Positions 9,995-19,895 of a stretch of 64,000 bases of DNA are shown one piece after another. Origin of the DNA: Thiohalomonadaceae bacterium. GTDB lineage: Bacteria; Pseudomonadota; Gammaproteobacteria; Thiohalomonadales; Thiohalomonadaceae. A model generated the notes under the pieces. That model made no database searches and was not told where the DNA came from. It saw nothing but the letters and a program-made list of their open reading frames with translations. The number at the start of each line of letters is the position of its first letter. Within the stretch, counting starts at the first letter, position 1. The translations under genes were made by a program, and so were the position numbers. The stretch lies in contig JBNKVM010000074.1 of the NCBI GenBank assembly GCA_050299175.1, forward strand, positions 19,912-83,911, given 5' to 3'.

Positions 9995-10888
9995 TTACTC
10001 AGCTGGGAAGACTCCGGTAGAAAGATAGCGATCGCCACGGTCACAGATGATGGTAACAATCACCGCATTTTCCACCTGTCTGGAAAGCTCCAGTGCCGCA
10101 GCCACCGCACCGCCGGATGAAATACCGCAGAAGATCCCCTCTTCCGCTGCCAGACGACGGGTGATGGTCTCCGCCGACAACTGATCCACATCGATAGTCT
10201 GATCGACACGACTGGCATCGAAGATGGTCGGCAGATACTCCTTGGGCCAGCGGCGAATACCGGGAATGCTGGCCCCTTCGGCCGGTTGCACGCCGACGAT
10301 CTGAATGGCCGGGTTAACCTCCTTCAGGTAGCGCGAAGTGCCCATAATGGTTCCCGTGGTACCCATGGCACTGACAAAGTGGGTGACCTTGTGATCGGTA
10401 TCGCGCCAAATCTCCGGCCCGGTCGTTTCATAATGGGCCAGCGGGTTATCCTGATTGCCAAACTGATCCAGCACCTTGCCTTTGCCGTCGGCTTCCATCT
10501 GTTTGGCCAGATCACGCGCCCCTTCCATGCCCTGTTCACGGGTAACCAGCACCAGTTCGGCACCGTAAGCGCGCATAGAGGCACGGCGTTCGGTACTCAT
10601 ATTCTCAGGCATGATCAGGACCATCTTGTAACCCTTGATCGCGGCGGCCATCGCCAGGGCGATCCCGGTATTGCCCGAGGTGGCCTCGATCAGGGTATCC
10701 CCAGGTTTAATATCGCCGCGCTTCTCCGCCTGTTGTATCATCGACATCGCAGGACGATCCTTCACTGAACCGGCCGGATTATTACCCTCAAGTTTTACCA
10801 GAATAGTATTACTGGTCTCACCAGGGAGCCGTTGCAGGCGCACCAGGGGCGTATTGCCGATAAAGGATTCGATGGTAGGGAATGTCAT
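9995..10888 (-). CDS. cysM: cysteine synthase (PLP-dependent; CysM/CysK family)
   Basis: IGNTPLVRL...GSVKDRPA...TSGNTGIALA motifs. The ATG at 10888 is preceded by an SD-like GGAAG; the ORF-track start is 10915. Confidence 0.8.
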   Translation of the reverse strand: MTFPTIESFIGNTPLVRLQRLPGETSNTILVKLEGNNPAGSVKDRPAMSMIQQAEKRGDIKPGDTLIEATSGNTGIALAMAAAIKGYKMVLIMPENMSTERRASMRAYGAELVLVTREQGMEGARDLAKQMEADGKGKVLDQFGNQDNPLAHYETTGPEIWRDTDHKVTHFVSAMGTTGTIMGTSRYLKEVNPAIQIVGVQPAEGASIPGIRRWPKEYLPTIFDASRVDQTIDVDQLSAETITRRLAAEEGIFCGISSGGAVAAALELSRQVENAVIVTIICDRGDRYLSTGVFPAE

Positions 10889-11013
10889 GCTTCCGCCTAT
10901 TGTGATTTTGGTCAAAGGATGAGTTTAAGGATTATAAACATCCTTGAATCGAATGACGATTAACACTAAATTTTATTGCAGAAGAACATATAACAACCAC
11001 GAGGAACACAAGG

Positions 11014-11361
11014 ATGAGTTCAGAATTACCAGTCATCGATATGGACATTGCCCTGGAAAGGGCTGGCGGCAACGCTGACCTGGCCCGGGATCTCTACCAG
11101 ATGCTACAGAAAGAACTTCCAGGCTATCTGGAAAACCTTCCTGATCTGTTCGCAGACAACGACCTCACCAGCCTCACCGCCAGCGTGCACAAGCTGCATG
11201 GCTCCGCGACCTATTGCGGTGTTCCCGCATTGAAAGAGGCGACGGAAGCCTTCGAATCCTGCCTCAAGCGCCGTGAAGCCGAGCACTATCAAGAAGGAAT
11301 GGATGCGGTAATGGATGCTATTCAGCGACTGTTGCTGCACCCCAAGCTACCCAATTCCTGA
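11014..11361 (+). CDS. stand-alone histidine phosphotransfer (Hpt) domain protein
   Basis: 115 aa with the Hpt signature VHKLHGSATYCG. Confidence 0.7.
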   Translation: MSSELPVIDMDIALERAGGNADLARDLYQMLQKELPGYLENLPDLFADNDLTSLTASVHKLHGSATYCGVPALKEATEAFESCLKRREAEHYQEGMDAVMDAIQRLLLHPKLPNS

Positions 11362-11363
11362 TG

Positions 11364-11390
11364 ACAGGCCGGGTACGCTACCCGGCCTGT
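11364..11390. terminator. 12-bp GC-rich hairpin between convergent genes (possible terminator without a U-tract)
   Basis: ACAGGCCGGGTA-cgc-TACCCGGCCTGT. There is no flanking T-run on either strand. Confidence 0.35.
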
Positions 11391-11406
11391 CGGCGGCTCG
11401 CCATAC

Positions 11407-12456
11407 TCAGGCAATGGTGATCGTTTTGTCGAGATAGACGTCCTGAATACTGTTGAGCAACTTGACCCCGTCGGCTATCGGCTTCTGGAATGCCTTACGC
11501 CCTGAGATCAACCCCATACCGCCCGCACGTTTATTGATCACTGCCGTTCGCACCGCCTGGTGTAGATCGTCCTTACCCGAAGGTCCGCCTGAGTTAATCA
11601 TTCCCACCCGCCCCATGTAGCAATTGGCCACCTGATAGCGCACCAGGTCGATAGGATGGTCGCTGGTCAGTTCTGAGTAGACTTTTGGGTGGGTCTTACC
11701 GAAACCGATGGCGTTGTAACCGCCGTTTGTCGTGGCCTGTTTCTGTTTGACGATATCGGCATTAATCGTCGCGGCCAGGTGGTTGCCCTGCCCGGTCAGA
11801 TCCGCGCTTTCGTGATAATCGGTACCGTCCTTCTTGAAGGCACTGTTGCGCAGATAGGCCCACAGCACGGTCACCATCCCCAGTTCATGGGCATGCGCAA
11901 ACGCCTCGCTCACCTCCTGGACTTGCCGCCGCGATTCGGGTGAACCGAAGTAGATGGTTGCTCCCACCGCCACAGCACCCAGTTCAAACGCCTGATCCAC
12001 CGAAGCGAACAGGGTCTGATCGAACATACTCGGATAGGTCAGCAATTCGTTGTGATTAATTTTGACCAGGAACGGAATCCTGTGTGCGTAGCGGCGCGAG
12101 ACCGAACCGAGCACACCAAGGGTTGAAGCCACCGCATTGCAGCCCCCCTCGATGGCCAGTTCGCAGATAGTACCCGGGTCGAAGAAGGCCGGATTCGGTG
12201 CAAACGAAGCGCCCGCCGAGTGTTCCACCCCCTGGTCCACGGGCAATAGCGACATATAACCTGTCCCCGCCAGTCGTCCCGTATTGAACAGTAGTTGCAT
12301 ATTGCGCAGTACAGCGGGGGGACGCTCTTTTTCCACCATCACCCGACTGACATAATCGCTACCAGGCAGATGTAACATCGAAGCAGGTATCCCCTTGCAT
12401 TCATGCCCGAGCAGGTAGGCCGCCTCGTCCTCCAACATATCAATGATCGCACTCAT
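11407..12456 (-). CDS. fbaB: class I fructose-bisphosphate aldolase (FbaB type)
   Basis: Near-colinear with my recollection of E. coli FbaB ([37 protein letters not shown]...[18 protein letters not shown]). Confidence 0.9.
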   Translation of the reverse strand: MSAIIDMLEDEAAYLLGHECKGIPASMLHLPGSDYVSRVMVEKERPPAVLRNMQLLFNTGRLAGTGYMSLLPVDQGVEHSAGASFAPNPAFFDPGTICELAIEGGCNAVASTLGVLGSVSRRYAHRIPFLVKINHNELLTYPSMFDQTLFASVDQAFELGAVAVGATIYFGSPESRRQVQEVSEAFAHAHELGMVTVLWAYLRNSAFKKDGTDYHESADLTGQGNHLAATINADIVKQKQATTNGGYNAIGFGKTHPKVYSELTSDHPIDLVRYQVANCYMGRVGMINSGGPSGKDDLHQAVRTAVINKRAGGMGLISGRKAFQKPIADGVKLLNSIQDVYLDKTITIA

Positions 12457-12568
12457 ACCGATCTCCTTTTCATAATATCTTTGAAATCATGGCGTTGTCG
12501 TCCATACTTGAAGCAATACCTCTAATTGGTAGAATTCATACAGACTACCCAAGGAACCGTTTCGACTC

Positions 12569-13354
12569 ATGTTTCGCACCACCCTGGCCATCATCCTTTT
12601 ACTGCCGACGTTACTTCAGGCATCAACCACGCTTACCGATCACGGTGCGCCTGCGCTGACCTATCGCGTGGCTACCATGGCGGTATTAAGGGAAAAACCG
12701 GATGGTCGCATTGTGGACATCTGGGACAGCGGCAGACTGTTCACATCAAATGTAGCAGAGGGCGGATGGGTCCGCGTGACCGGATATTTCCCGCAGGATC
12801 AGTGGCAACCGATAGCGGCTCCACTCTGGATAGATGCCCGCTACATCCAGGCGACCTATACCGACAAGGATCATCCTCCGCCGTCCAATCGACCGGATGG
12901 CATCGTGCGCTACGTCGAGGTCAACAAATCCACTTTCGAACTGAAAGTTATCGAAGAGCGACAGCATCAGAAAAAGGTGCTGTTTAAAACCCGTGTCGCA
13001 CTGGGTATGGACCGCTGCCTGCCTGAAGAGAAAGGGGGCAGGTGTTACTACACCGAACCGGGTGAGTATCAGGTGCGATGGAAAGTGCACGATCCCGACG
13101 GCATCGAGTGGTGTATCCCCAAAAGTATGGAGAAGGAGTATCCCCGTAGCATTGCCAGTGGCAAGCGCTGCTTCCGTGGCGCAATCGGCTCCTATGCTCT
13201 CAATATCGGCAAGACCTACGCCATCCACGGTACCAGTAATCCATCCAGCCTCGGCAAACGGGTCTCCCACGGTTGCGTGCGTACGGCTAACCGCGCGGTG
13301 AAACTGATCTACGACCTACTGGATATCGGTGACCGGGTAGTCATCTACGAATGA
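12569..13354 (+). CDS. secreted L,D-transpeptidase (YkuD domain) with an SH3-like N-terminal region
   Basis: Signal peptide (LAIILLLPTLLQA) and catalytic motif HGTSNPSSLGKRVSHGCVRTAN. Confidence 0.75.
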   Translation: MFRTTLAIILLLPTLLQASTTLTDHGAPALTYRVATMAVLREKPDGRIVDIWDSGRLFTSNVAEGGWVRVTGYFPQDQWQPIAAPLWIDARYIQATYTDKDHPPPSNRPDGIVRYVEVNKSTFELKVIEERQHQKKVLFKTRVALGMDRCLPEEKGGRCYYTEPGEYQVRWKVHDPDGIEWCIPKSMEKEYPRSIASGKRCFRGAIGSYALNIGKTYAIHGTSNPSSLGKRVSHGCVRTANRAVKLIYDLLDIGDRVVIYE

Positions 13355-13399
13355 CACGAGGATAATGGACCGACGTCATCCATAGTAAAGGATTGCCCG

Positions 13400-14653
13400 A
13401 TGTCCTGGCGCACCACCACCCTCCTCACGCTTTTACTCACCAGCAGTACCGCCATTGCAAAACCGCTGTGGGATGTACCAGAGCGTCGCAAGGATCCATT
13501 CCCCACCGAAGAGGCACATATGCTGGTGCCTCTGCCCTATAGCATGCCGGGGATCGGCGAAGGCTACTTCCTCATGGGCTATCTCTCCAACGTGTTCGAC
13601 AGCACCTTCGACGCCGCTCTGGTGCTGACCCAGGGAGATGCCACCGGGACGGTGACACAGCTGGATGAAATCCCGTTAATTGAGGATCGCCTACACCTGA
13701 AATTGATGGACATGGACATCAACAAGGCCACGGTCAGTGACTACGAGTCTCGTGGCATGGATAGTGGCAGCACTTACAATTTGGTCGAAGTATCCGGGGT
13801 ACGCCAGCAGAGCACTGAACTGACCTGGAGCATGTGGCAGCGGCGCGTGGCATTCATGGCTCGCTACAAGTCGAATGCCAACGACGTTGAGGCGTTACGC
13901 GACTCTGGCGGCACCCTGCTCGCCAGTTACAATCCGCCCGTACATAGCGAAGGACTCAATCGCAGTATTGGCGCCATGCTCGATCTCACCGATGACTACC
14001 AGGACCCGCGTGAAGGCCTGCGCCTGCGCCTCGATGTCGCCGATCACCCGGCGCATAAAAACAGCGATCCCGATTTTTTCGTCATCGACTACAGCCTGCT
14101 CTACTACCAGCCGTTCAACGGCAGTGACACATTGGTATTCAACTTCTTCCGCTCCGATGCACACGTACGCGATAGTGGTGCAACCGACCCGACAGTCATC
14201 GTGGCAGAGATGGGAGGATCGGCCTGTGCGCCGAGCAATACCGCCTGCCTCAATGCAGAATTACAGCGGGTCAACAACATCATTGCAGCCAACCGCTACG
14301 GTACTGCCACTCCTCTCGGTGGTACCGATCGCCTGCGCAGTTATGCCGACGGACGCTTTTCTGGTGCCCACACCGAGTTCATCGGTATCGAACTACGCAG
14401 TAACTTCGTTGAAGATGCAGAACCGTTTGATTACTTTATCTGGAAGGATATTCGCACCAGCATCCAGCTCGCTGTCTTTGCCGAGGTAGGAACGGTTGCC
14501 GAAACACGTGATGACCTGTGGAAAGAAACACGCAGCAGCATCGGTATCGGCGCACGTCTGGTAACCGCATCGGGCAGTGTCTATCGCGCTGACTGGGCGA
14601 CGGGGGAGGAAGGTTCGGAATTCAGTGTCTTCTTTTTCTATCCCTGGCAATGA
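13400..14653 (+). CDS. outer-membrane beta-barrel protein, Omp85/surface-antigen-like, with no obvious POTRA domains
   Basis: Signal peptide. The C-terminal pattern GIGARLVTASGSVYRADWA...FSVFFFYPWQ resembles Omp85-family barrel ends. Confidence 0.5.
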   Translation: MSWRTTTLLTLLLTSSTAIAKPLWDVPERRKDPFPTEEAHMLVPLPYSMPGIGEGYFLMGYLSNVFDSTFDAALVLTQGDATGTVTQLDEIPLIEDRLHLKLMDMDINKATVSDYESRGMDSGSTYNLVEVSGVRQQSTELTWSMWQRRVAFMARYKSNANDVEALRDSGGTLLASYNPPVHSEGLNRSIGAMLDLTDDYQDPREGLRLRLDVADHPAHKNSDPDFFVIDYSLLYYQPFNGSDTLVFNFFRSDAHVRDSGATDPTVIVAEMGGSACAPSNTACLNAELQRVNNIIAANRYGTATPLGGTDRLRSYADGRFSGAHTEFIGIELRSNFVEDAEPFDYFIWKDIRTSIQLAVFAEVGTVAETRDDLWKETRSSIGIGARLVTASGSVYRADWATGEEGSEFSVFFFYPWQ

Positions 14654-14686
14654 AAAACCCTTCCCGGTTTCCCCGAGAAGGGTTTT
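14654..14686. terminator. bidirectional terminator hairpin between convergent genes
   Basis: AAAACCCTTC-13 nt loop-GAAGGGTTTT. Confidence 0.55.
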
Positions 14687-14698
14687 CTGGACGATTCG

Positions 14699-16057
14699 CT
14701 AGTCATCGTCATCCTCGTATTCATGCTCTCCCCACTCCCGTTCGCGAAAGTAGAATGTAGAATCACCGTTACTGCGTTGTTCAAAGCGCTTCTGTCGCCA
14801 GATGCGCTCCGCCTCGTGTTCGTTACCGCTACGATGACACTCCACGCAGTTCCCAAAATCACGAATCCCCTCTTCCAGGTGTTCGCCGCGAATACGACGC
14901 GGTGAGTGTTCGTGACAGCTATAGCAGGTGTACTTGCTGTAATCGCCGTTCTCATGACAGGTATCGCAGTCATCCCGATGATGTCGGTCAAAGCGGAAAT
15001 ACTTGTCGTGTTTGAACGTCGCCGGTTTCCATTCTTCCTGGCTATGACATTCGCCACAACTCCGTTTGGTTGAGCGGTGCAATGAATCGCGAGGCGACTC
15101 GTGACAGGTCTGGCACTGCTTCAATTCCGCAGGCGGCAGCTTCGAGTGTTTAAAGTCGACCTCATCCCACTCTTTATAGTTGTGGCAACTGTCGCAATTC
15201 TCCTTGAACTGTCGATGGCGCTTGTCGTCCGGTTTGCTATGGCAGTCCAGACATTGTGCAAGCTCCGCAGGTGCTAACTTTTCGTGCTTAAAGTCGACCG
15301 CTTCCCAATCCTTATAACCATGGCAGCTGTTGCAGTTCTCCCTGAATTTACGATGACGCTTGTCATCCGGTTTATCATGACAGTTCAGGCACTGCTTTAA
15401 CTCAGCAACGGGCAGCTTTTTGTGCTCAAACAGGGCAGGTTCCCAAGCTTCGTAGCCGTGACAACTGGCGCAGTTAATCGTCTTGAATCTACGGTGCTTG
15501 TCGTCGCGTGGCACATCGTGGCAGCTGTCGCACTGATCCAGTACCCCAGGTTTCAATGTTTTGTGACTAAATGTTGTTTCCTTCCATTCATCCTGGGTAT
15601 GGCATTGACTACATTCCGCTTCGAATTTACGGTGCAGCTTGTCCTTTGGTTTATCGTGGCAACTGTTGCACTGCTTCTGTAGATCTTTATCTAGCAGATT
15701 ATGGGAGAAACGGTTGATTGGACGGAAAGGTTGCACGCCTTTGTGATCGCTATGACAAGCAACACAGTCGCTCTCAATCAACTGCTGGTGAAAGCGTACT
15801 TTCTTTTCACCGACGATAGGCGCGCCTTTGGTGGTTCGCAGGCCAATCTCGTCGACCTTGTGGCAATCAATACACTTTTCAGGCGTCGCACCCAGAAACG
15901 GGGTATGGCAGGCAAAACAATCGGTCGCTATCTCACTGTGCGCCGGGATAGGCATACCGGGAGTAATCATGTGCTCAGGAGTGTGCACTGTCTTCATTAG
16001 GGTATAGGCGAGCCCGAGACCAACGACAAGCAGAAGGATATGCGTCTTCATTTCCAT
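14699..16057 (-). CDS. membrane-anchored multiheme cytochrome c with 16 CxxCH motifs
   Basis: I counted 16 CxxCH motifs: CFACH, CIDCH, CVACH, CNSCH, CSQCH, CDSCH, CASCH, CLNCH, CNSCH, CLDCH, CDSCH, CQTCH, CGECH, CDTCH, CYSCH and CVECH. The N-terminal anchor is MKTHILLLVVGLGLAY. The start ATGGAAATGA overlaps the stop of the upstream gene. Confidence 0.85.
   Translation of the reverse strand: MEMKTHILLLVVGLGLAYTLMKTVHTPEHMITPGMPIPAHSEIATDCFACHTPFLGATPEKCIDCHKVDEIGLRTTKGAPIVGEKKVRFHQQLIESDCVACHSDHKGVQPFRPINRFSHNLLDKDLQKQCNSCHDKPKDKLHRKFEAECSQCHTQDEWKETTFSHKTLKPGVLDQCDSCHDVPRDDKHRRFKTINCASCHGYEAWEPALFEHKKLPVAELKQCLNCHDKPDDKRHRKFRENCNSCHGYKDWEAVDFKHEKLAPAELAQCLDCHSKPDDKRHRQFKENCDSCHNYKEWDEVDFKHSKLPPAELKQCQTCHESPRDSLHRSTKRSCGECHSQEEWKPATFKHDKYFRFDRHHRDDCDTCHENGDYSKYTCYSCHEHSPRRIRGEHLEEGIRDFGNCVECHRSGNEHEAERIWRQKRFEQRSNGDSTFYFREREWGEHEYEDDDD
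15017..15709 (-). repeat. five intragenic tandem repeats (about 46 aa / 138 nt each, two hemes per unit)
   Basis: The unit is F.H.KL.PAEL.QC..CH..P.D..HR.F...C.SCH.Y..W. It repeats across aa 145-375 of the ORF and is also recognisable at the nucleotide level. Confidence 0.8.
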
Positions 16058-16626
16058 TCCCAGAAGAGCAGGATGCTGATGATGTGAGTCAGGCCAAGTA
16101 CGGCAAAGGCGAGGCTGATGGGCATATGGATGACACGCCACTTATCCATCAGCTCATAGGTGTTGGCATCCCAGAAAAGTTTCTTCTCCAGCTCCTCTCC
16201 GCTGAGGCCCTGTTCCCTGTATACGGCCTGTTTCTCGTTCAGGAAACTGCGTGAACGCTCCAGCAGATACTTGCCTGTCATACCACTGATCAGATTGAGC
16301 ACCATGGCGAGTAGTGCCAGCCAGGGCAGAACGGCATAAATGTGAATACCCGCATGCACCAGTATCATCAGGCCCCCCAGCCAGGTCAGGGATTCGTGCA
16401 GGGTCAACATTCGCTTTGGCGTGCTGAACTGGATTATGTGGCGCTTGCGCAGCGAATAAATAAAGGAGACCAGAATAAGGATGGTGCCCGGAATACCCAG
16501 ATAGCGTCCGATCCAGACAAGGTCGAACTGATGCAACAGAGCGTCGCTGACAATCGTCGCCAAAATTAGCGAACCCAGCAGCAGGAAAAACGGAACAACT
16601 TCTCTACTGAATAGCGAGCGATGCAT
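16048..16626 (-). CDS. His-rich polytopic membrane protein (possible b-heme or quinol-interacting partner of the multiheme cytochrome)
   Basis: 192 aa with 4-5 hydrophobic helices carrying His residues (LLHQF, LVHAGIHIY, HMPISLAF, LTHII). The stop overlaps the cytochrome start. Confidence 0.55.
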   Translation of the reverse strand: MHRSLFSREVVPFFLLLGSLILATIVSDALLHQFDLVWIGRYLGIPGTILILVSFIYSLRKRHIIQFSTPKRMLTLHESLTWLGGLMILVHAGIHIYAVLPWLALLAMVLNLISGMTGKYLLERSRSFLNEKQAVYREQGLSGEELEKKLFWDANTYELMDKWRVIHMPISLAFAVLGLTHIISILLFWEWK

Positions 16627-16777
16627 GACGGCCCTCCACCGCGGCCGGCTGGTTCAAGTCCACACGAACTATACGGGCGTTATATTAACGGAAGCTGAAA
16701 TAGGTAAAAAGCGGAGCTGCAGTGAGGGCACATGCACACCTCGCCGCAGAGACAGATATAAACCTGAGAATGGAATA

Positions 16778-17260
16778 CTATCGCTCGTGGCTTCTTCTAT
16801 CTCCACCGAGCCTTCGCTCACCCAACTCACCCCAACAGCGCCAAAGACCAAACGCATAGGAAAAACCGATCAGGCTGACAATCATTGAGCTCCAAAGCAA
16901 AAAACTATCGGCCATTTCCGGCATGAGGTAGTAAACAGGGATAGCGCCTAAGCCGCGAACGAGGTAAATCCCCGTGACAGCGATCAACACGGGACGAAGT
17001 AGCGGCAATCTTCGCATAAGCCCTGCCCCGGAGAAGGCATAAAGCGCCCAGGCCGTCAGTATGAGGGCAATGACGAATGTCACGATGGCAGGGACGGGTG
17101 AACCACTCTCAGCCATCACCGCCATCGCCTCCCCCGCGCCAAAGAAGCGATACCAGGCGGGACCACCGATAATAATCAAAATGTGCAAAAGCGCGGCAAC
17201 TGCGCTCAATGCACCAGCAAAAAAAAGGAACGGCTCTGTCTTCTTCGAAAAGATTTTCAT
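16778..17260 (-). CDS. hypothetical membrane protein
   Basis: MKIFSKKTEPFLFFAGAL... with about 5 hydrophobic segments. I recognise no family. Confidence 0.45.
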   Translation of the reverse strand: MKIFSKKTEPFLFFAGALSAVAALLHILIIIGGPAWYRFFGAGEAMAVMAESGSPVPAIVTFVIALILTAWALYAFSGAGLMRRLPLLRPVLIAVTGIYLVRGLGAIPVYYLMPEMADSFLLWSSMIVSLIGFSYAFGLWRCWGELGERRLGGDRRSHER

Positions 17261-17456
17261 CTTTCCCCCTCCTGATTCACCGGATGTGCTCAAGCATCAA
17301 AAACCGCACTATGGGATGACGTAAAAGACAACACGTAACTGAAACTCCGTTATGCCACTCAAACTACCGGGCAAACGTTACAGCAGTCACAATCCGGACA
17401 TCTTTTCGAACATCAGGATGAGAGCAGTCAAAACTATTCCTGAAGAGAAAAACGAT

Positions 17457-17900
17457 TTAGTTCTTTTTCCGCCATGCCTGCAATAACAGTTGCTGCCAAC
17501 CATTCCGGCGGTAGAAATTCAGCGCGGGCTGGTTCTGCATATCGGCCAATAGTTGTAACCGGGTGGCCCCCTGCTCCTTGGCCCATATTTCGATCGCATT
17601 GAGCAGTTGTTTGCCGACACCCTTATTACGGTATTGATGGTCGATCACGACATCTTCGACCCAGGCAGAATAGGCCCCTTCGGCGGTAGAGATCACCAGT
17701 TGCGCGCTACACATGCCGATAGCTTTATTCCTGTCTCTGGCAACCAACACGCAGGAACGCGCATCAGCAATAAGTTGTTGCAGGGCACGCTCCGTTTTTT
17801 GTGCATCGAAGTAAAAATCCGCTTCGATGTCGAAGAGTTGCTGAAGCAGTTTGCCTAGTGCGGGAATATCGCTGTGCGTAGCAGATTCGATATTCAGCAT
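17457..17900 (-). CDS. GNAT-family N-acetyltransferase
   Basis: Acetyl-CoA motif HQYRNKGVGKQLL in a 147-aa protein. Confidence 0.8.
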   Translation of the reverse strand: MLNIESATHSDIPALGKLLQQLFDIEADFYFDAQKTERALQQLIADARSCVLVARDRNKAIGMCSAQLVISTAEGAYSAWVEDVVIDHQYRNKGVGKQLLNAIEIWAKEQGATRLQLLADMQNQPALNFYRRNGWQQLLLQAWRKKN

Positions 17901-18937
17901 TACAGTGGATCACTAATTCGAATATCGGAGGGTGGCGCTTCCTGGAACTGCACTCGTTTCTGCATCGCCGAGTTCATATAGACCACGCCGACATCATCCA
18001 CCAGCATGACATATTTAATCCCCATCTGTTTGGCGATGCGGTGCCACTCTTTGGGTCCGGCGACAACCAGTGCCGTGGCAGCGGCGTCTGCCACTGCGCC
18101 GTTGTCATGGATCACAGTGACCGAAGTAACACCATCTACGGGCATGCCGGTTCGCGGATCGAGAATATGGGCATAATGCACACCTTCATATTCGCGGTAG
18201 CGTTCGTAGTTACCTGAGGTGAAAACCGATTCATCACCGCTCACCTCCAGTGAGGCCAATACACCCTGTCCCTGAGGATGCCGGATGCCGACACGCCACG
18301 GCTTGCCGTTTTTGCTGCCAATGGCACGGAGGTCTCCACCAGCATTGACGATAGCGTTGTTGATACCAAACTCCCGTAGCCGCTGGATAGCAAGATCGAT
18401 CGCATAACCCTTGGCGAAAGCACCGAAGTCAAGCTGAACGGCTTTGTTACGACTGGTGAGGATATCGCCGTTAAGGGTAATGTCATCCATACGCGGCGCT
18501 GCTTTGACCCACTTTTCAATCTCAGTTTTTGGCGGCGGCGGACCGTTGGGACGTCCATCACTCTGAAATCCCCACAAATTCAACAGGCCCCCAATCGCCG
18601 GATCGAACAGACCATCGCTCTGATCAGATAGCCGGGTCGATTGCTCAATGATGGGAATTAAAGAAGGAATGACCTTGGCCGGTTTACCCTCGGCAATAGC
18701 CTTGTTGATGTCAACCAGCGGGCCCGGTTTCCAGGCGTGCCAGTCGTGATGCATCTGCTGGAAATCCTGGGTGATGGTCGCAACGGCTTTTTGCTGCTTC
18801 TCCTTGTCAGTGCCGAACAAGGTGACATCCACCAGGGTACCGAAGACAAAGATCTGATACTGCGCGCTCTGCGGTGGCGCATTACAGGCACTCAGAAGAA
18901 ACAGGAATAACAGGGTAAACAGCTTGATTCTTGGCAT
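17900..18937 (-). CDS. apbE: FAD:protein FMN transferase (ApbE) lipoprotein
   Basis: Lipobox LLSAC plus ApbE-family motifs (GAFAKGYA, NAGGDL, SVFTSGNYER). Confidence 0.85.
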   Translation of the reverse strand: MPRIKLFTLLFLFLLSACNAPPQSAQYQIFVFGTLVDVTLFGTDKEKQQKAVATITQDFQQMHHDWHAWKPGPLVDINKAIAEGKPAKVIPSLIPIIEQSTRLSDQSDGLFDPAIGGLLNLWGFQSDGRPNGPPPPKTEIEKWVKAAPRMDDITLNGDILTSRNKAVQLDFGAFAKGYAIDLAIQRLREFGINNAIVNAGGDLRAIGSKNGKPWRVGIRHPQGQGVLASLEVSGDESVFTSGNYERYREYEGVHYAHILDPRTGMPVDGVTSVTVIHDNGAVADAAATALVVAGPKEWHRIAKQMGIKYVMLVDDVGVVYMNSAMQKRVQFQEAPPSDIRISDPL

Positions 18938-19107
18938 GACGGTTCCGTATGCGGTGCAGCGGTCTATTCAGAAAAGCATTTCCCGCCCGCAGGTGGCAGG
19001 ATTGTCTGAAAGACATGATACGCCATCTACCATTCCAGCACACGCCTGTAACGGCTCAGAATCCAGAGTTAAGCTGACCTGCAAGGGTATAACTAATTCG
19101 GCAGCTT

Positions 19108-19884
19108 TTACGCCAGCTTTAGGTTTTTTCTACCCTTGGGTTGCACGGTTGCTTCCGCACGAGTGAGATCGATGACGCGCCAGGAGAGCGCCTCGCTCAA
19201 GCTTTGTGCACCATTACCTTCGGCGATAAGGGTGGTGAGCATATCGGCATCGTCGATCTGGCTGCCGATGAGATAGTCGACACCGAAGTCGCGCCATTCG
19301 TCAAGCCAGGGGGTTTCAGCACCATAGAGTACCACTGTAGCTTCTTCGGAAAGCTCGAGCAGCCTCGGCAGGGTTTTATCGGCCACGGTCTCAGCTGGCA
19401 GGAAGACCCATTCCGCCTTACGTAGCAGATGTGGGGCGTGTGGTGGGATCGCCGCCGGGAGTTCCAGGGAAGCGACTGAGCCCTCCTTGAAATAGCCTGC
19501 ACCATTTCCGGCCACGACTACCCGCTTGCCCTTAACCAACGGACGGAACCACTCGAAGCCTGCCTGCAGTGCCTGGCGTCCTTTGAACAGACCACCTTCA
19601 CGATAGACCATGTCGGCCTCACGATTGATAGCACTATTCACCGCGGCCAGGCCGATAGATGCCTGATGGTGATCCCATTTGCGCAACCACAAGGCCAGTT
19701 CAGCCAGTGAACGCCCTTTAAGAGGTAGTCCCTCACCCGGCTCACTTTGCGGACGGGTAACGGCCATACCGACAGAACCGGCACGACAGACTGTCCAGTT
19801 CCAACCAACGAGAAGCTGCTCGACCTCCGTTTCCAGCTTGGCGTAGTCAAGCAACAGATCGTACAGCTCCTCGTGGCGGTTCAT
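19108..19884 (-). CDS. DUF4213/DUF364-like protein (putative heavy-metal chelation / Rossmann-like domain)
   Basis: The N-terminal pattern ...QLLVGWNWTVCRAGSVGMAVT... and the 258-aa length fit my recollection of this family. It is the last gene of the nifENX-fdx gene string. Confidence 0.45.
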   Translation of the reverse strand: MNRHEELYDLLLDYAKLETEVEQLLVGWNWTVCRAGSVGMAVTRPQSEPGEGLPLKGRSLAELALWLRKWDHHQASIGLAAVNSAINREADMVYREGGLFKGRQALQAGFEWFRPLVKGKRVVVAGNGAGYFKEGSVASLELPAAIPPHAPHLLRKAEWVFLPAETVADKTLPRLLELSEEATVVLYGAETPWLDEWRDFGVDYLIGSQIDDADMLTTLIAEGNGAQSLSEALSWRVIDLTRAEATVQPKGRKNLKLA

Positions 19885-19895
19885 AAGGACAACTC

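Noticed and set aside
15017-15709. Regularly spaced nucleotide repeats that could be mistaken for a CRISPR-like or satellite array
   Set aside because: The period of about 138 nt is in frame inside the multiheme cytochrome gene and encodes di-heme modules. There is no repeat-spacer architecture, and no CRISPR array occurs anywhere in the window.
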